Assembly (NCBI GenBank): GCA_034679345.1
Contig: JAXDAY010000010.1
Span: 12,390-76,389 of the forward strand
Direction: 5' to 3'
Length of the DNA: 64,000 nucleotides
Source of the DNA: Candidatus Eiseniibacteriota bacterium
Lineage (GTDB): Bacteria; Eisenbacteria; RBG-16-71-46; CAIMUX01; VGJL01
The notes beneath the pieces are model-generated. The model was not told where the DNA came from, did no database searches, and saw nothing but the letters and a program-made list of their open reading frames with translations. This document shows, piece by piece, positions 7,944-18,053 of this stretch. Positions within the stretch are counted from its first letter, which is position 1. Each line of letters starts with the position of its first letter. Position numbers and translations under genes: made by a program.

Positions 7944-10018
7944 CTTGCCCCCTTCAGGCGCCCGCGGCGCACGAGAATCAGATCCAGGTCGAGGGCGAGG
8001 CTCTGGCGCCCCGCGTACTCGAGGTTCGCGGCGCAGAGAGCATCGAGAGTCTGGCCCTCCGGGTTTCCTGCGAGCGTGACCCATCCCGGGGCCGCGTCCG
8101 GCGGCAACCTGCGGTAGTCCTCCGGGAGGCGCTCCCAGAGCTCTGCGGAGAAGGGATGGATCCCGACGAGGCTCCATTCGCCGCGAAGCCACAGGAGCAG
8201 TGTAGGGTACTCCCAGAGGGCGCGGAAGATCCCCGCAGGGCCAGGACCGGGCAGGCGGCCGCAGCGAATCCGCCTGCCCGCGCGGCCGATCCGCTCGCTC
8301 CACTCGAGTCTGCGTCCCGCGAGGAGGAGGACGAGCCGTGCGGCAGCGAAGGGAATCGCCGCGACCAGAATCGCGATCGACGCGAGCGCGCCGTCAAGCA
8401 ACCGCTTCTCCCAGGAGCGCGCCGCCGGTCCGGCGCTCGAGAGGCGCAGGGCGGGAAATCCGAGAAAGTCGTCCATCCGCGCGCCGCGCCGCAAAGCCGG
8501 ATGGAATCGGGGAACGAACCGCACCGGGATCGCCTCGCGATTGAGTCGCGCCAGCACGCGTTCGGCTCCCCCACCGGGCCAGTCCTCGAAGAGCACGACC
8601 TCGTGGACTCGCTCATCGTTGACCCAGAGGCGCACCGCCTCCTCCACCTCGGCCGGCCGGCCGCCGCGAGGCGTCATGAGAATCGCCGCCTCGCCCGCCA
8701 GAGGCAGGATGTCGAAACCGAACTCCGGGTGCTGGCCGAGGCGGCGCTCGATCTCGGCGAGCGCCTCGGGCGTGGCGAGGACCCCGATGCGCCTCAGATG
8801 CAGCCGGCGCGAGCGCGCGCTCCCCTGAAGACTGAAGATCCCCCATCGCAGGAGCAGGATCAGCACGAAGGCCAAGGGCAAGAAGAGGCCCACCACCAGC
8901 CGCGAGTAGACCGGCGTCGCGAAGAGGAAGGTCGAAGCCATCATGATGAGCGCGGTGGCCGCGAGGGCGCGGCCCGTTCCGAGCACCTGCTCCCCCGCCT
9001 CCTCGCGACGCCGGCTTCGGTACATCCCGGCCAGGGCCATCGCCAGCAGTGCGACCGCGTCCGAGAAGAGGAGGAAGCGGCTGTAGCGGCCGAACCCGAA
9101 GGTCGGCTTCGTGAGGAATCCCCCGCTCAGATCGCGAATGACGTAGGCGAGCAGGAAGGCGAGATTGACGGCGATGAAGTCGGAGATCACCAGAACGATT
9201 CTGCGGATCGTCGAGGTGCGCATCTTGAGCCAATACAGGACGAAGCTCCACTTCTCGTAGTATCGAAAGGTCGATGCGAGGTGGAGCAGCAGGCCCTTGC
9301 CCGGGCGGCGCGCGCTTTCGCGCGCATAGTGATGAATCATGCTCGCGGCGGGGTGGTAGACGACCTTCCAGCCGCGCGTCTGCATCCGCTGGCACCAGTC
9401 GACATCCTCGAAGTAGAGGAAGAATCGCTCGTCCATCGGGCCGACATCCTCGAGCGCGCGGCGCCGGACGAGGAGGCTCGCGCCGATGCACCAGTCCACG
9501 GGGCGGGTCGATGCGTGGTCGTAGTCGAGCATCAGGTGCTCGCGGATCAACCGATGGTTCGGGAAGAGCCGCCCCAGGAAGGTCCGGCGCAGCAGGAAGA
9601 CGGAAAGCGTGTAGAAAGTGCGGCAGGAGTGCTGGAGGGAGCCGTCGGGATAGAGAAGCCTCGGGGCCGCGATCCCCACCGAGGAATCCCGCTCCATTTC
9701 CGCGACCAGCTCCTCGATGCTCCCGGGCTGCACTTCCACGTCGGGATTGAGCACCAGGAGATACTCCCCGCGACCCTCCTTGAGGCCCTGGTTCACCGCC
9801 CGGCCGAACCCGACGTTGCGGACGTTCTTGAAATAGCGGGCCCCCGCGGACGCGGCCGCGCGCTCCGATCGATCGTCGAGCGGGGCGTTGTCGACCACGA
9901 TCACCTCGATCCCGGGCCCCGCCCCCGCTGCGCGGATCCGGTCGAGGCAGCGGACGAGGACATCCGGGGTCCTGTAATGGACGATGACGATCGAGACGAG
10001 GAGTCCGGCCGAACTCAA
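7940..10018 (-). CDS. Fusion protein: GT2 glycosyltransferase domain + multi-TM region + C-terminal bacterial sugar-transferase (polyprenyl glycosylphosphotransferase, WbaP-like) domain
   Basis: ORF-track frame 7940..10624. The first ~200 codons overlap the upstream gene. The likely start is TTG at 10018 (TTGA overlap with the upstream stop), giving MSSAGLLVSIVIVHYRTPDVLVRCLDRI...VIVVDNAP...YFEDVDWCQRM (GT2). This is followed by 4-5 TM helices, then ...SLVGIHPFSAELWERLPEDYRRLPPDAAPGWVTLAGNPEGQTLDALCAANLEYAGRQSLALDLDLIL. The last block matches the sugar-transferase C-terminal motif (slvGPRP...vkPGiTGlaqv...Dl.Y), but the KFRTM region is divergent. Confidence 0.65.
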   Translation of the reverse strand: MSSAGLLVSIVIVHYRTPDVLVRCLDRIRAAGAGPGIEVIVVDNAPLDDRSERAAASAGARYFKNVRNVGFGRAVNQGLKEGRGEYLLVLNPDVEVQPGSIEELVAEMERDSSVGIAAPRLLYPDGSLQHSCRTFYTLSVFLLRRTFLGRLFPNHRLIREHLMLDYDHASTRPVDWCIGASLLVRRRALEDVGPMDERFFLYFEDVDWCQRMQTRGWKVVYHPAASMIHHYARESARRPGKGLLLHLASTFRYYEKWSFVLYWLKMRTSTIRRIVLVISDFIAVNLAFLLAYVIRDLSGGFLTKPTFGFGRYSRFLLFSDAVALLAMALAGMYRSRRREEAGEQVLGTGRALAATALIMMASTFLFATPVYSRLVVGLFLPLAFVLILLLRWGIFSLQGSARSRRLHLRRIGVLATPEALAEIERRLGQHPEFGFDILPLAGEAAILMTPRGGRPAEVEEAVRLWVNDERVHEVVLFEDWPGGGAERVLARLNREAIPVRFVPRFHPALRRGARMDDFLGFPALRLSSAGPAARSWEKRLLDGALASIAILVAAIPFAAARLVLLLAGRRLEWSERIGRAGRRIRCGRLPGPGPAGIFRALWEYPTLLLWLRGEWSLVGIHPFSAELWERLPEDYRRLPPDAAPGWVTLAGNPEGQTLDALCAANLEYAGRQSLALDLDLILVRRGRLKGAR

Positions 10019-10773
10019 GCGTCCACCTCGCGCGGACGAACGCGCCGCGGCCGCCCCAGGAGGCGCTTGAAAAAGAGCCGCCAGATCACGAAGACCGCCT
10101 CCGCGACGATCCGGCGGTTCATCTTGCTGATTCCCGCGCGGCGGTCGACGAAGACGATCTCGATCTCCCTGATCCTGAAGCCGAGCCGCCAGGCGAGGAA
10201 GCTCACCTCGATCTGGAAGGAGTATCCATCCGAGTGGATCCTGTCGAGATCGATCGCCTCGAGGACGGCCCGGCGGAAGCACTTGAAGCCGCCGGTCGCA
10301 TCCTTCACGGGCAGCCCCGTGATCACGCGCGAAACGACATTCGCCATGTAGGAGAGCATGAGCCGGCGCAGGGGCCAGTTGACCACCGTGACCCCGTTCA
10401 GATAACGGCTGCCGAGGACCAGATCGGCCTCCCGCGACGCCTCGATGAAGTTCGGGATCTCGTTCGGATCGTGGCTGAAGTCGGCGTCCATCTCGAAGAT
10501 CAGATCCGCCCCGTGCCGCAAGGCGTAACGGAACCCGTCGATGTAGGCGCTGCCGAGTCCCATCTTCTGCGGCCGGCGAAGGGAGTGGACCCGCGGAACC
10601 TTCGCCGCCAGCTCCTCGACCCAAGCCCCCGTCCCGTCGGGCGAGTTGTCGTCGACGACGAGAACCTCCATGTTCGGGCCCAGCGCGAGCAGACGCGGGA
10701 TGAGGGAGCGGACGTTGTCCAGCTCATCGTAAGTCGGGACGATGACCATCACACGCGGGAGGGCGTCCACCAT
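10015..10773 (-). CDS. GT2 polyprenol-phosphate glycosyltransferase (dolichyl-phosphate mannosyltransferase DPM1-like)
   Basis: 252 aa. MVIVPTYDELDNVRSLIPRLL...EVLVVDDNSPDGT...EMDADFSHDP...GSRY...TGGFKCFRRAVLE is the classical DPM1/PpmA-like architecture. ATG at 10773; stop overlaps the next gene's start. Confidence 0.85.
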   Translation of the reverse strand: MVDALPRVMVIVPTYDELDNVRSLIPRLLALGPNMEVLVVDDNSPDGTGAWVEELAAKVPRVHSLRRPQKMGLGSAYIDGFRYALRHGADLIFEMDADFSHDPNEIPNFIEASREADLVLGSRYLNGVTVVNWPLRRLMLSYMANVVSRVITGLPVKDATGGFKCFRRAVLEAIDLDRIHSDGYSFQIEVSFLAWRLGFRIREIEIVFVDRRAGISKMNRRIVAEAVFVIWRLFFKRLLGRPRRVRPREVDA

Positions 10774-10788
10774 GAGTTCGGCTCCCGC

Positions 10789-11718
10789 CTACACCTCCGT
10801 CGAGTGGAACCACTCGATCGTAAGACGCAAGGCGTCTCTCACGTCGACCTTCGGCTCCCATCCGAGGCGCTGCCTCGCCTGGGTGATGTCGGGCTGGCGC
10901 ACCTTCGGATCGTCCTCGGGAAGGGCGGAGAAGACAATCTCGCTGCGGCTTCCCGTGAGCCGCTTGATCTCCTCGGCCATCTCCAGGACGGTCATCTCCT
11001 GCGGGTTGCCGATGTTCACCGGATCGGCGAGCTCGCTGTGCATCAGCGCTTCGACCCCGCGTACGAGGTCGGTGATGTACCCGAACGAGCGAGTCTGGGA
11101 GCCGTCGCCGAAGATCGTCATCGCCTCCCCTCGGAGCGCCTGCATGATGAAGGTCGGAACCGCGCGGCCGTCGTCGCGGCGCATCCTCGGACCGAAGGTA
11201 TTGAAGATTCGAACGATCTTCGTGTCGACGCCGTGGTAGCGCCGGTAAGCCATCGTCAGGGCCTCGGCGTAGCGCTTCGCCTCGTCGTAAACCCCGCGGA
11301 CGCCGATCGGGTTCACGTTGCCCCAGTACGACTCGGGCTGGGGATGGATCAAGGGATCCCCATAGACCTCGGAGGTGGAGGCGAGCAGGAAGCGGGCCTT
11401 CTTCTCCTTCGCGAGGCCCAGGGCCTTGTGGGTGCCGATCGCGCCGACCTTCAAGGTGTGGATCGGCAGGCGGAGGTAGTCGATGGGGCTCGCCGGGCTC
11501 GCGAAGTGGAGGACGAAGTCGAGGGGCCCCTCTACGTAGATGTAGTTCGTCACATCGTATTCGATGAACTGGAATCTCGGATCGCGAATATGGCTGATGT
11601 TCGCGACGGCGCCGGTGAGGAGGTTGTCCATGCAGATCACCTCCATCCCCTTGTCGAGGAGGTGGTCGCAGAGATGCGAGCCGATGAAGCCCGCTCCGCC
11701 CGTGATGAGAGCCCTCAT
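10789..11718 (-). CDS. uxs: UDP-glucuronate decarboxylase (UDP-xylose synthase, UXS/ArnA-decarboxylase-like SDR)
   Basis: ORF-track frame 10789..12099 with a junk N-terminal extension. True start [16 protein letters not shown] at 11718 (ATGA overlap with upstream stop). Hallmark block [36 protein letters not shown]. Confidence 0.85.
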   Translation of the reverse strand: MRALITGGAGFIGSHLCDHLLDKGMEVICMDNLLTGAVANISHIRDPRFQFIEYDVTNYIYVEGPLDFVLHFASPASPIDYLRLPIHTLKVGAIGTHKALGLAKEKKARFLLASTSEVYGDPLIHPQPESYWGNVNPIGVRGVYDEAKRYAEALTMAYRRYHGVDTKIVRIFNTFGPRMRRDDGRAVPTFIMQALRGEAMTIFGDGSQTRSFGYITDLVRGVEALMHSELADPVNIGNPQEMTVLEMAEEIKRLTGSRSEIVFSALPEDDPKVRQPDITQARQRLGWEPKVDVRDALRLTIEWFHSTEV

Positions 11719-12665
11719 GAAGCATCCTCCTCCGGCCGCCTCTTCTGCACGGGAAGGTCCCGTTTGGGTTGGACCCCGGCGATCATCTCGGCGAGCAGGC
11801 CCATCGAGATGAACTGGATCCCGATGATCACGAGGATCACCCCGAAGAGGAGCAGCGGGCGGACCCGAAGCCTCTCCTCGACCACCCAGATCACGGCCAT
11901 GTAGGCATTGAGCGCAAGGCCGACGGCGAGGAAGGCGACCCCGAGCCGGCCGAACACGTGAAGCGGCGAGCGATACCTGCCGCTGTAGAAGACCACCAGG
12001 AGCAGATCGAGGAAGCCGTTGACGAAGCGATCCGTCCCGAACTTGCTGCGGCCGTGGCGCCGCGGATGATGGCGGACCTCCCGCTCCCCGACCTTCCATC
12101 CGGCCTGATGCGCCAGGACCGGCAGGAAGCGATGGAGCTCTCCGCGCACCTCGAGGGAGTCGACCACCGAGCGGCGGTAGGCCTTGAACCCGCAGTTGAA
12201 GTCATGGAGGCGGATGCCGGACACGAGGGAGGTCGCGCGATTGAAAAACCAGCTTGGCACGGTCTTCGTCCACGGGTCGTGGCGCCGCCGCTTCCAGCCC
12301 GACACGAGGTCGTAACCCTCCTCCAGCATCGCGAGCATCGGCCCGATCTCCTCCGGATCGTCCTGGAGATCGGCGTCCATCGTCACGACGGCCTCGCGCC
12401 CGCGGCACTCGGCGAATCCGAGGGATAGCGCGGCGGCCTTGCCGCAGTTCGCGCGCAGGCGGATCAGCCTGAGCCCCGGCACGCGACCGATCCTCGCCTC
12501 CACCTCGGCATCGGTGCCGTCGCTGGAGCCGTCATCGATCACCAGGATCTCCGCGCTGCGATCGAGACCGGAGACGACCTCGGCGATCTTCTCGACGAGC
12601 GGCCCGATCGACTCCGCCTCGTTGAAGGCGGGGATGAGGATCGAGATCTCGGGGCCGGTCATCAC
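11715..12665 (-). CDS. GT2 polyprenyl-phosphate sugar transferase (ArnC/GtrB-like, C-terminal TM helices)
   Basis: 316 aa. [21 protein letters not shown]...[12 protein letters not shown]...[12 protein letters not shown]...GFKAYRR, followed by two C-terminal TM helices. This is the ArnC/GtrB/DPM-type layout. Confidence 0.8.
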   Translation of the reverse strand: MMTGPEISILIPAFNEAESIGPLVEKIAEVVSGLDRSAEILVIDDGSSDGTDAEVEARIGRVPGLRLIRLRANCGKAAALSLGFAECRGREAVVTMDADLQDDPEEIGPMLAMLEEGYDLVSGWKRRRHDPWTKTVPSWFFNRATSLVSGIRLHDFNCGFKAYRRSVVDSLEVRGELHRFLPVLAHQAGWKVGEREVRHHPRRHGRSKFGTDRFVNGFLDLLLVVFYSGRYRSPLHVFGRLGVAFLAVGLALNAYMAVIWVVEERLRVRPLLLFGVILVIIGIQFISMGLLAEMIAGVQPKRDLPVQKRRPEEDAS

Positions 12666-13627
12666 TCAGGCCTCCCGGCGAGGAAATCGGCCATCCAGAG
12701 GTTCATGCGCCCCAACCCCTCCTCGATCCCGACCTCCGCCCTGAACCCGAGCAGGCCCTTCGCCCGCATCGTGTCGGCCCCCGTGTGGCGCACATCCCCC
12801 GGAGCCGGATCGAGGTGAACGACGCGGACCGGGCAATCCGCGATCCGGCCCATCAGATCGAGGACCTGGCGGAGCGGCACGCGCGCGCCGCCGCCGATAT
12901 TGAAGGCCAGCCCCGGCTCAGTCGGGGTGCGCAGCGCCAGGATGTTCGCCTGGACGGCGTCCGAGACGAAGGTGAAGTCGCGCGTCTGCTCGCCGTCACC
13001 ATAGATGGGGATCTCCCGGCCCTCGTAGAGGGCGCGGAAGAAGCGGTGGAATCCCATGTCGGGGCGCTGACGGGGCCCATAGACCGTGAAGTAGCGCAGG
13101 CTCACTGCGGGCAGCCCGTACTGCACGGCGTAGAGCCGGACGAGGAGCTCCCCGGCGAGCTTCGTGACCCCGTAGGGAGAGATCGGAAGCTTGGCGTCGT
13201 CCTCCCCGGTCGGGAATCGCGGAGCGTCGCCGTAGACCGAGGAGGAGGAGGCGTAGACGAAGCGCCGCAACCGCCCCTCGTGGCCCCGGCACGCCTCGAG
13301 GAGCCCCTGGGTGGCCTCCACGTTGTGCCGCGCGTAGTCGTGGAAGCTGTGGCCCCAGGACTGGCGCACCCCCGCCTGCGCGGCCTGATGGAAGACGGCG
13401 TCGACGGACTCGACGATTCCGGCGAGGTCCGAGGAGAGCAGATCCTGCTCGAGCAGCCGAAACCCCGGATGCTGCAGGATTCCTGCCAGATTTCGCCGTT
13501 TCAGCCCCGGGTCGTAGTAGTCGGTGAAGCAGTCGAGCCCCAGGACCTCCTCGCCCTCGTCGAGGAGCCTGCGGCAAAGGTGCGACCCGATGAATCCCGC
13601 GGCACCGGTGACGAGCGCGCGTCCCAT
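12662..13627 (-). CDS. NAD-dependent nucleotide-sugar epimerase/dehydratase (GalE-like 4-epimerase family)
   Basis: ORF-track frame 12662..13795. True start [22 protein letters not shown] at 13627. Catalytic region YASSSSVYGD...SPYGVTKLAGE (YxxxK). Confidence 0.8.
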   Translation of the reverse strand: MGRALVTGAAGFIGSHLCRRLLDEGEEVLGLDCFTDYYDPGLKRRNLAGILQHPGFRLLEQDLLSSDLAGIVESVDAVFHQAAQAGVRQSWGHSFHDYARHNVEATQGLLEACRGHEGRLRRFVYASSSSVYGDAPRFPTGEDDAKLPISPYGVTKLAGELLVRLYAVQYGLPAVSLRYFTVYGPRQRPDMGFHRFFRALYEGREIPIYGDGEQTRDFTFVSDAVQANILALRTPTEPGLAFNIGGGARVPLRQVLDLMGRIADCPVRVVHLDPAPGDVRHTGADTMRAKGLLGFRAEVGIEEGLGRMNLWMADFLAGRPE

Positions 13628-13628
13628 G

Positions 13629-16148
13629 CTAGAGCGAATCCCGGAGCTGTTGCAGGCGCTGTCTCGCCTGCGTGTCCGCGGGGTGCCGGCGTACCCAGTC
13701 CTCGAGGATCGAGAGAGCCTCGCGCGAGCGGCCGGTCTCAATGTAGAAGGAGAAGATCTCCGCGAGCGCCTCATGGTCGTCGCGGTAGACCTCATAGCCC
13801 TTGCGGTAGATCTGCTCGGCGTCCTCGAGCCGGCCCTGGCGCTCCACGGACCGGCCGTAGAGGCGCACGACGTTGAAGTCGCCGAAGCCGCGAAAGGCGA
13901 GCTCCCCGTAGATCTCCTCCGCGCGGTCGAACCTCTCCGTCCGGTAGTAGAGGACCCCCGCGCTGTAAAGAATCGATGCCGACTGCGAGATCTTCAACGC
14001 CTCCTCGGCGGCCTGGATCGCCTCCTCCTTGCGTCCGAGGTCGAGAAGCCGCTCCGCGGCGCGGACGAAGCCGGCGGCGTAGTTCTGCACGAGCCGCTGC
14101 GCGTTCTCGTCCTTGTACACCCTCTCGTCGTAACTGCGATCGGCCTTCAGCAACCCGCGGTAGGAGTAGACCTCGCGGAGATTATGGAGAGCCAGGTCGA
14201 CGTCGATCTCCTCCTGCCCCGACGGATTTCGATCGCCGACTTTGAAGACGACTCCCTCCATCGTGAGGCGGTCGGTGAATCCCATCAGGTCGGGGACGGT
14301 GAGGGCGAAGTAGATCGGTTTCTTGCCGTACTCACGCTCGACGATCCTGCGGCTCGCGATGTCCTTTGAGTAGATGAACTCGTCCGGATCCGGGATGTAC
14401 GAGAAGATACCGTTCGACCGCAGGAATCCGATGTACGCATCCCGTGTGTGCTCCTGCCGCGCATAGGCGATGAAGCGTTCCGGGACCGAGCGGACGGCCT
14501 CGATCTGATCGTCGTTCCAGCCCACATCGACCTTCGGCGAGTAGTCCCGGAGCTGGCGGATGTACCAGTCGGTGTTGAGGAGGCTCAAGTTCAAGACGCG
14601 GACATCCCGCCGGACCTTCTCCACCTCTTGCAGGTACCAGAGAGGAAACGTGTCGTTGTCGCCATTGGTGAAGATGAGGGCGTTCGGTTCGAGCGGTTGG
14701 AGCATGTTCCAGGCCAGATCCCGCGCGAGGAAGAACTTGCTGCGGTCGCGCATCTGGTAGTAGTTCGAGCAGGTCGAGAATGCGAGGAGAACTCCGACGA
14801 GGGCGAATCCCCATCCGAGGTAGACGCCCATGCGGTCGCGCCCCTCGGAGTAGATCCACCTCCCCCAACGCCCCAGCGACGCGAATCCCAGGCCGATCCA
14901 GACGGCGAACGCCTGGTAGGCCATCGTGAAGAAGTAGTCTCGATCGCGGACCTCGTCTTCCCGGAAGTTGAGGTAGAAGACCAGCCCGATCGTCGTGATG
15001 AAGAAGAAGAGGAAGAAGCTCCAGAAGGTCTTCTTCTCGCGCCATGCATGCGTGATCAGACCGATGGCCCCCACCAGGAACGGCAGGGAGTTGGCCAGCC
15101 ATATGGGCCGGAATCCGAGCTGGTACTGATCGTGGAAGTATCTCCAGAAGTGCTTGCTGATCTGGATGCCGAACTCGGCGTTGCGGATCATGAACGGGTT
15201 GGCCGGCTTGTACTGGTCTCGAATCAATGCGAGCCAGAGGGACCTCCAGTTGGAGGGGTCGGCCTCGTTGATCATCGGATCGAGCCCGGCGCGGATCGGA
15301 AGGTAGAGGTGATTCGCCAGCCCGAAGAGCCCCAGCAGGAGGCACCAGAAGACGACGCCCCGAGGGCCGAGCGGGGACCAGAGCCTGCCGAAGAGCAGGG
15401 AGGCCGCCAGGCCGGCCGCAAGCAGGACGAGCCACCATTCCTTCAGCACGGGCAACATCGCCGGCTGGAGTCCGATCAGGACGCCGCCCACGACGAGCGC
15501 CCCGAAGGTGCTGGGGGCGAAGGTGCGATGGTCGACGAGGAGCACGAAGAGGATGAGTCCCGGCACGACGAGGAACGTCCCCATGTGGATTCCCGCGGAG
15601 ACGGCGACGAGGTAGTAGGCGAGGACGAACAGCCGGTTGTCGCGCTCCTTCGCGCCTTCCGCGCCCGCCCAGCGCACGACGAGCCAGATCGCCGCCATGA
15701 CGATCGCGCTGGAGAGACCGTAGACCTCCGCCTCGAGGGCGTTTTCCCAGTAGGTGCGCGAGAATGCGGTGAAGAGCCCCGCGGCGATTCCGCCGAGGAT
15801 GCCGATCTCGATCGGGGTCTTCTCCGTGCGTCCCCGATCCTGCCAGCGGAAGAACTCCACGGCGATCAGATAACCGAAGACGGCCCCGAGGCTCGAGGCG
15901 ACAGCGGAGAGGAAGTTGACCCGGCTGGCGATCGAGCCGATCGGAATCAGCGTGAAGAGACGGCCGATGAGCACGTAGAAGGGGGTGCCGGGCGGATGGG
16001 GAATCCCCAGGATGTAAGAGGTGGCGATGTACTCGCCGCTGTCCCAGAAGGGGCAGGTGCGCGTGAGAGTCATCGCATAGACGATCAGGCTGGCCAGGAA
16101 CACCACGAGCGCGCCGAGTTGGATCTTCCGTTTCTCGTCCATGATCAC
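13629..16148 (-). CDS. DUF2723/TMEM260-like GT-C-fold membrane glycosyltransferase with C-terminal TPR repeats
   Basis: ~830 aa. Start is at ATG 16142 or GTG 16148; the GTG makes a GTGA overlap with the upstream GT4 stop. N-terminal motif TCPFWDSGEYIATSYILGIPHPPGTPFYVLIGRLF is followed by >12 TM helices. The C-terminal ~250 aa is TPR-like (EAIQAAEEALKISQSASILYSAGVLYYRTERFDRAEEIY...). Confidence 0.7.
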   Translation of the reverse strand: MIMDEKRKIQLGALVVFLASLIVYAMTLTRTCPFWDSGEYIATSYILGIPHPPGTPFYVLIGRLFTLIPIGSIASRVNFLSAVASSLGAVFGYLIAVEFFRWQDRGRTEKTPIEIGILGGIAAGLFTAFSRTYWENALEAEVYGLSSAIVMAAIWLVVRWAGAEGAKERDNRLFVLAYYLVAVSAGIHMGTFLVVPGLILFVLLVDHRTFAPSTFGALVVGGVLIGLQPAMLPVLKEWWLVLLAAGLAASLLFGRLWSPLGPRGVVFWCLLLGLFGLANHLYLPIRAGLDPMINEADPSNWRSLWLALIRDQYKPANPFMIRNAEFGIQISKHFWRYFHDQYQLGFRPIWLANSLPFLVGAIGLITHAWREKKTFWSFFLFFFITTIGLVFYLNFREDEVRDRDYFFTMAYQAFAVWIGLGFASLGRWGRWIYSEGRDRMGVYLGWGFALVGVLLAFSTCSNYYQMRDRSKFFLARDLAWNMLQPLEPNALIFTNGDNDTFPLWYLQEVEKVRRDVRVLNLSLLNTDWYIRQLRDYSPKVDVGWNDDQIEAVRSVPERFIAYARQEHTRDAYIGFLRSNGIFSYIPDPDEFIYSKDIASRRIVEREYGKKPIYFALTVPDLMGFTDRLTMEGVVFKVGDRNPSGQEEIDVDLALHNLREVYSYRGLLKADRSYDERVYKDENAQRLVQNYAAGFVRAAERLLDLGRKEEAIQAAEEALKISQSASILYSAGVLYYRTERFDRAEEIYGELAFRGFGDFNVVRLYGRSVERQGRLEDAEQIYRKGYEVYRDDHEALAEIFSFYIETGRSREALSILEDWVRRHPADTQARQRLQQLRDSL

Positions 16149-17278
16149 TCCGGTTTCCCTCTCCCCCATTCCGAGACGCACCGCTGCAGAAGCTCCTCGG
16201 TGTCATCCGCCATCCGATCCCAGTTGAACCGGCCGGCCCATTCGATCCCCGCCCGCCCCATGGTCTCCCAGAGAGAATCGTCGCTCAACAAGTCCGAGAG
16301 GCGTCCGGCGAGGACCGGAACGTCTCCATGGGGGACCAGGAAGCCCGTCTCGCCGTGGCGGACCGACTCCCGGAGCCCGGGGGCGTCGGAAGCGACCACG
16401 GGGATCCCCATGGCGTTCGCCTCGATGACCGACAGTCCCCAGCCCTCCTTCGGAGAGGTGTAGACCAGCACCCGGGCCTTCTCCAGGATCCGGATCTTCT
16501 CGGCCCCATCCCGGAAGCCGAGCAACTCGACGCGATCCGAGAGCCCCAGGCGGCGGATCTTCTCCTCCAGGTCTCCCCGGTAGTCCCCCTCGCCGGCGAT
16601 CCAATAGCGGGCCCCGGGAACGCGTTCCAGGACCCTCGGGAGGGCCTCGATCGTGAGCTCGATCCCCTTGTACCGCTTGAGCCTCCCCAGGTACAGGATG
16701 ACCGGCTCCGGGGTTCCTTGCCGGGCGGGGGGGCGGTAGGTTTCGTGGTCGATTCCGCAGCGGACCACGGTGATCCGGGAGGGATTGATCCCCCGCCCGA
16801 TCAGGTCCTCCCGCGTCGAATCGGAGAGAACCTGGAAGCGGCTCCCGCCATAGCAGGCCGGGATGAGGCGCTCATGGAGATAGACGTAGAGCGCGATTGG
16901 CAAGCTCGCTTCCCGGAAGACCGTCGTTCCGAAGAGGTGAGGCACGTTGGCGAGGACCGGGATCTCCTTCTGCACCCAGGGCCCGAAGAAGGGGATCTTG
17001 TTCAGATCCTCGACCATGACGTCGAATCCCTGCCCCCGAAGCTTGCGCCACATCGACGGGACGACCCAGTTGAAGCTGTAGGTCGAGCCGGCTCGCACGA
17101 TCTCCATTCCGTCGATCGTCTCGCGGCGCGGGGCGCCCCGCCAGGCCCCGGTGAGGAACGTCACTCGATGGCCGCGCGCGGCCAGACGCCGGTAGATCTC
17201 CCTCAGGATCACCTCGGCTCCGCCCATCTCGGGATGGCGCACGTCACGGTAGCTCACGATGAGGATCGAGAGTGCCAT
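16145..17278 (-). CDS. Glycosyltransferase family 4
   Basis: 377 aa. The N-terminal region MALSILIVSYRDVRHPEMGGAEVILREIYRRLAARGHRVTFLT... and the GWGLSVIEANAMGIPVVASDAPGLRESVRHGETGFLV block form the GT4 (RfaB-like) signature. Confidence 0.85.
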   Translation of the reverse strand: MALSILIVSYRDVRHPEMGGAEVILREIYRRLAARGHRVTFLTGAWRGAPRRETIDGMEIVRAGSTYSFNWVVPSMWRKLRGQGFDVMVEDLNKIPFFGPWVQKEIPVLANVPHLFGTTVFREASLPIALYVYLHERLIPACYGGSRFQVLSDSTREDLIGRGINPSRITVVRCGIDHETYRPPARQGTPEPVILYLGRLKRYKGIELTIEALPRVLERVPGARYWIAGEGDYRGDLEEKIRRLGLSDRVELLGFRDGAEKIRILEKARVLVYTSPKEGWGLSVIEANAMGIPVVASDAPGLRESVRHGETGFLVPHGDVPVLAGRLSDLLSDDSLWETMGRAGIEWAGRFNWDRMADDTEELLQRCVSEWGRGKPE

Positions 17279-17282
17279 CCGT

Positions 17283-18053
17283 TCAGTCCCTCCGCCCGAG
17301 GGTTCCGATCATCGCGTAGGTGTAGAGCCCCGCCCTGGTCCCCCGCAGTTTCGAGCGGATCCAGGCGGGACCCATGTCGAGCCAGCGCGGAATGCGCGGA
17401 TAGAGCGGCAGATTCGCGATCCCGAGCTTGCGCAGCACGTAGCGGAGGCCCCGGTAGAAGAAGCCCGGCTGGAACCAGTTGCCGTCGGTCCGCACGACCG
17501 TGAAGCCGGCCTCCCGCATCAGGCGCTCGAGCTGGGCCGGGGAGAACTCGGTCTCCCATCCCGCGAACCAGCGGTTCATGAGGATCAGGAGATGCTTCGC
17601 CACGGTGTAGATGTGGAAGCGCTGCGGCACGTCGACCAGGCAATGCCCCCCGCGCGCGGTCACGCGATGGTTCTCCGCGAGCAGAGGACGCGGATCGCGG
17701 AAGTGCTCCAGGAGACCCTGATGGAAGACGAGCGCGAAGGCGCCGTCGCGAAACGGCATCCGGGTGGCGTCGGCGCAAACGCAGATGAGATCGAGTCCGC
17801 GGCGCCGGGCGTTCTCACGGATCACCTCGAAGGAGGACGGGACATAGTCGAGGACCACGACCCGGGCGCCCCGTCGCGCCAGTTCGAGGCTGTCCCGGCC
17901 GGAGCCGGCGCCGACCTCGAGGACCCGCTCCCCCTCCAGCGCCAGCCCCTCGAACTGCCGTAGGATCCGATCCTCGTTGGCGTAGACCTCGTCGATCGAG
18001 CCGGTCCGCTGCTCCCAGTAGCGATGCCAGTGACCGGGCGTGGACGCGCGCAT
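17283..18053 (-). CDS. Class I SAM-dependent methyltransferase (first gene of the glycosylation operon)
   Basis: ORF-track frame 17283..18131. Likely start is the M at 18053. VLEVGAGSGRDSLELARRGARVVVLD (motif I) ... LVFHQGLLEHF. Confidence 0.7.
   Translation of the reverse strand: MRASTPGHWHRYWEQRTGSIDEVYANEDRILRQFEGLALEGERVLEVGAGSGRDSLELARRGARVVVLDYVPSSFEVIRENARRRGLDLICVCADATRMPFRDGAFALVFHQGLLEHFRDPRPLLAENHRVTARGGHCLVDVPQRFHIYTVAKHLLILMNRWFAGWETEFSPAQLERLMREAGFTVVRTDGNWFQPGFFYRGLRYVLRKLGIANLPLYPRIPRWLDMGPAWIRSKLRGTRAGLYTYAMIGTLGRRD

Noticed and set aside
4453-12099. Long R/G-rich N-terminal extensions on the ORF-track versions of the GT4 (to 6213), propeller (to 8303), GT2-fusion (to 10624) and UXS (to 12099) genes
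   Set aside because: The extensions overlap the preceding gene and are low-complexity. Internal GTG/TTG/ATG codons that overlap the upstream stop give N-termini matching family consensus (signal peptide, GxGxxG, etc.).
6471-17503. Other long plus-strand ORFs in the glycosylation operon region (6471..8117, 7892..10351, 10234..11904, 14448..16463, 16328..17503)
   Set aside because: Each is fully antisense to a minus-strand gene with clear family signatures. The translations are arginine/glycine-rich and lack hydrophobic cores.
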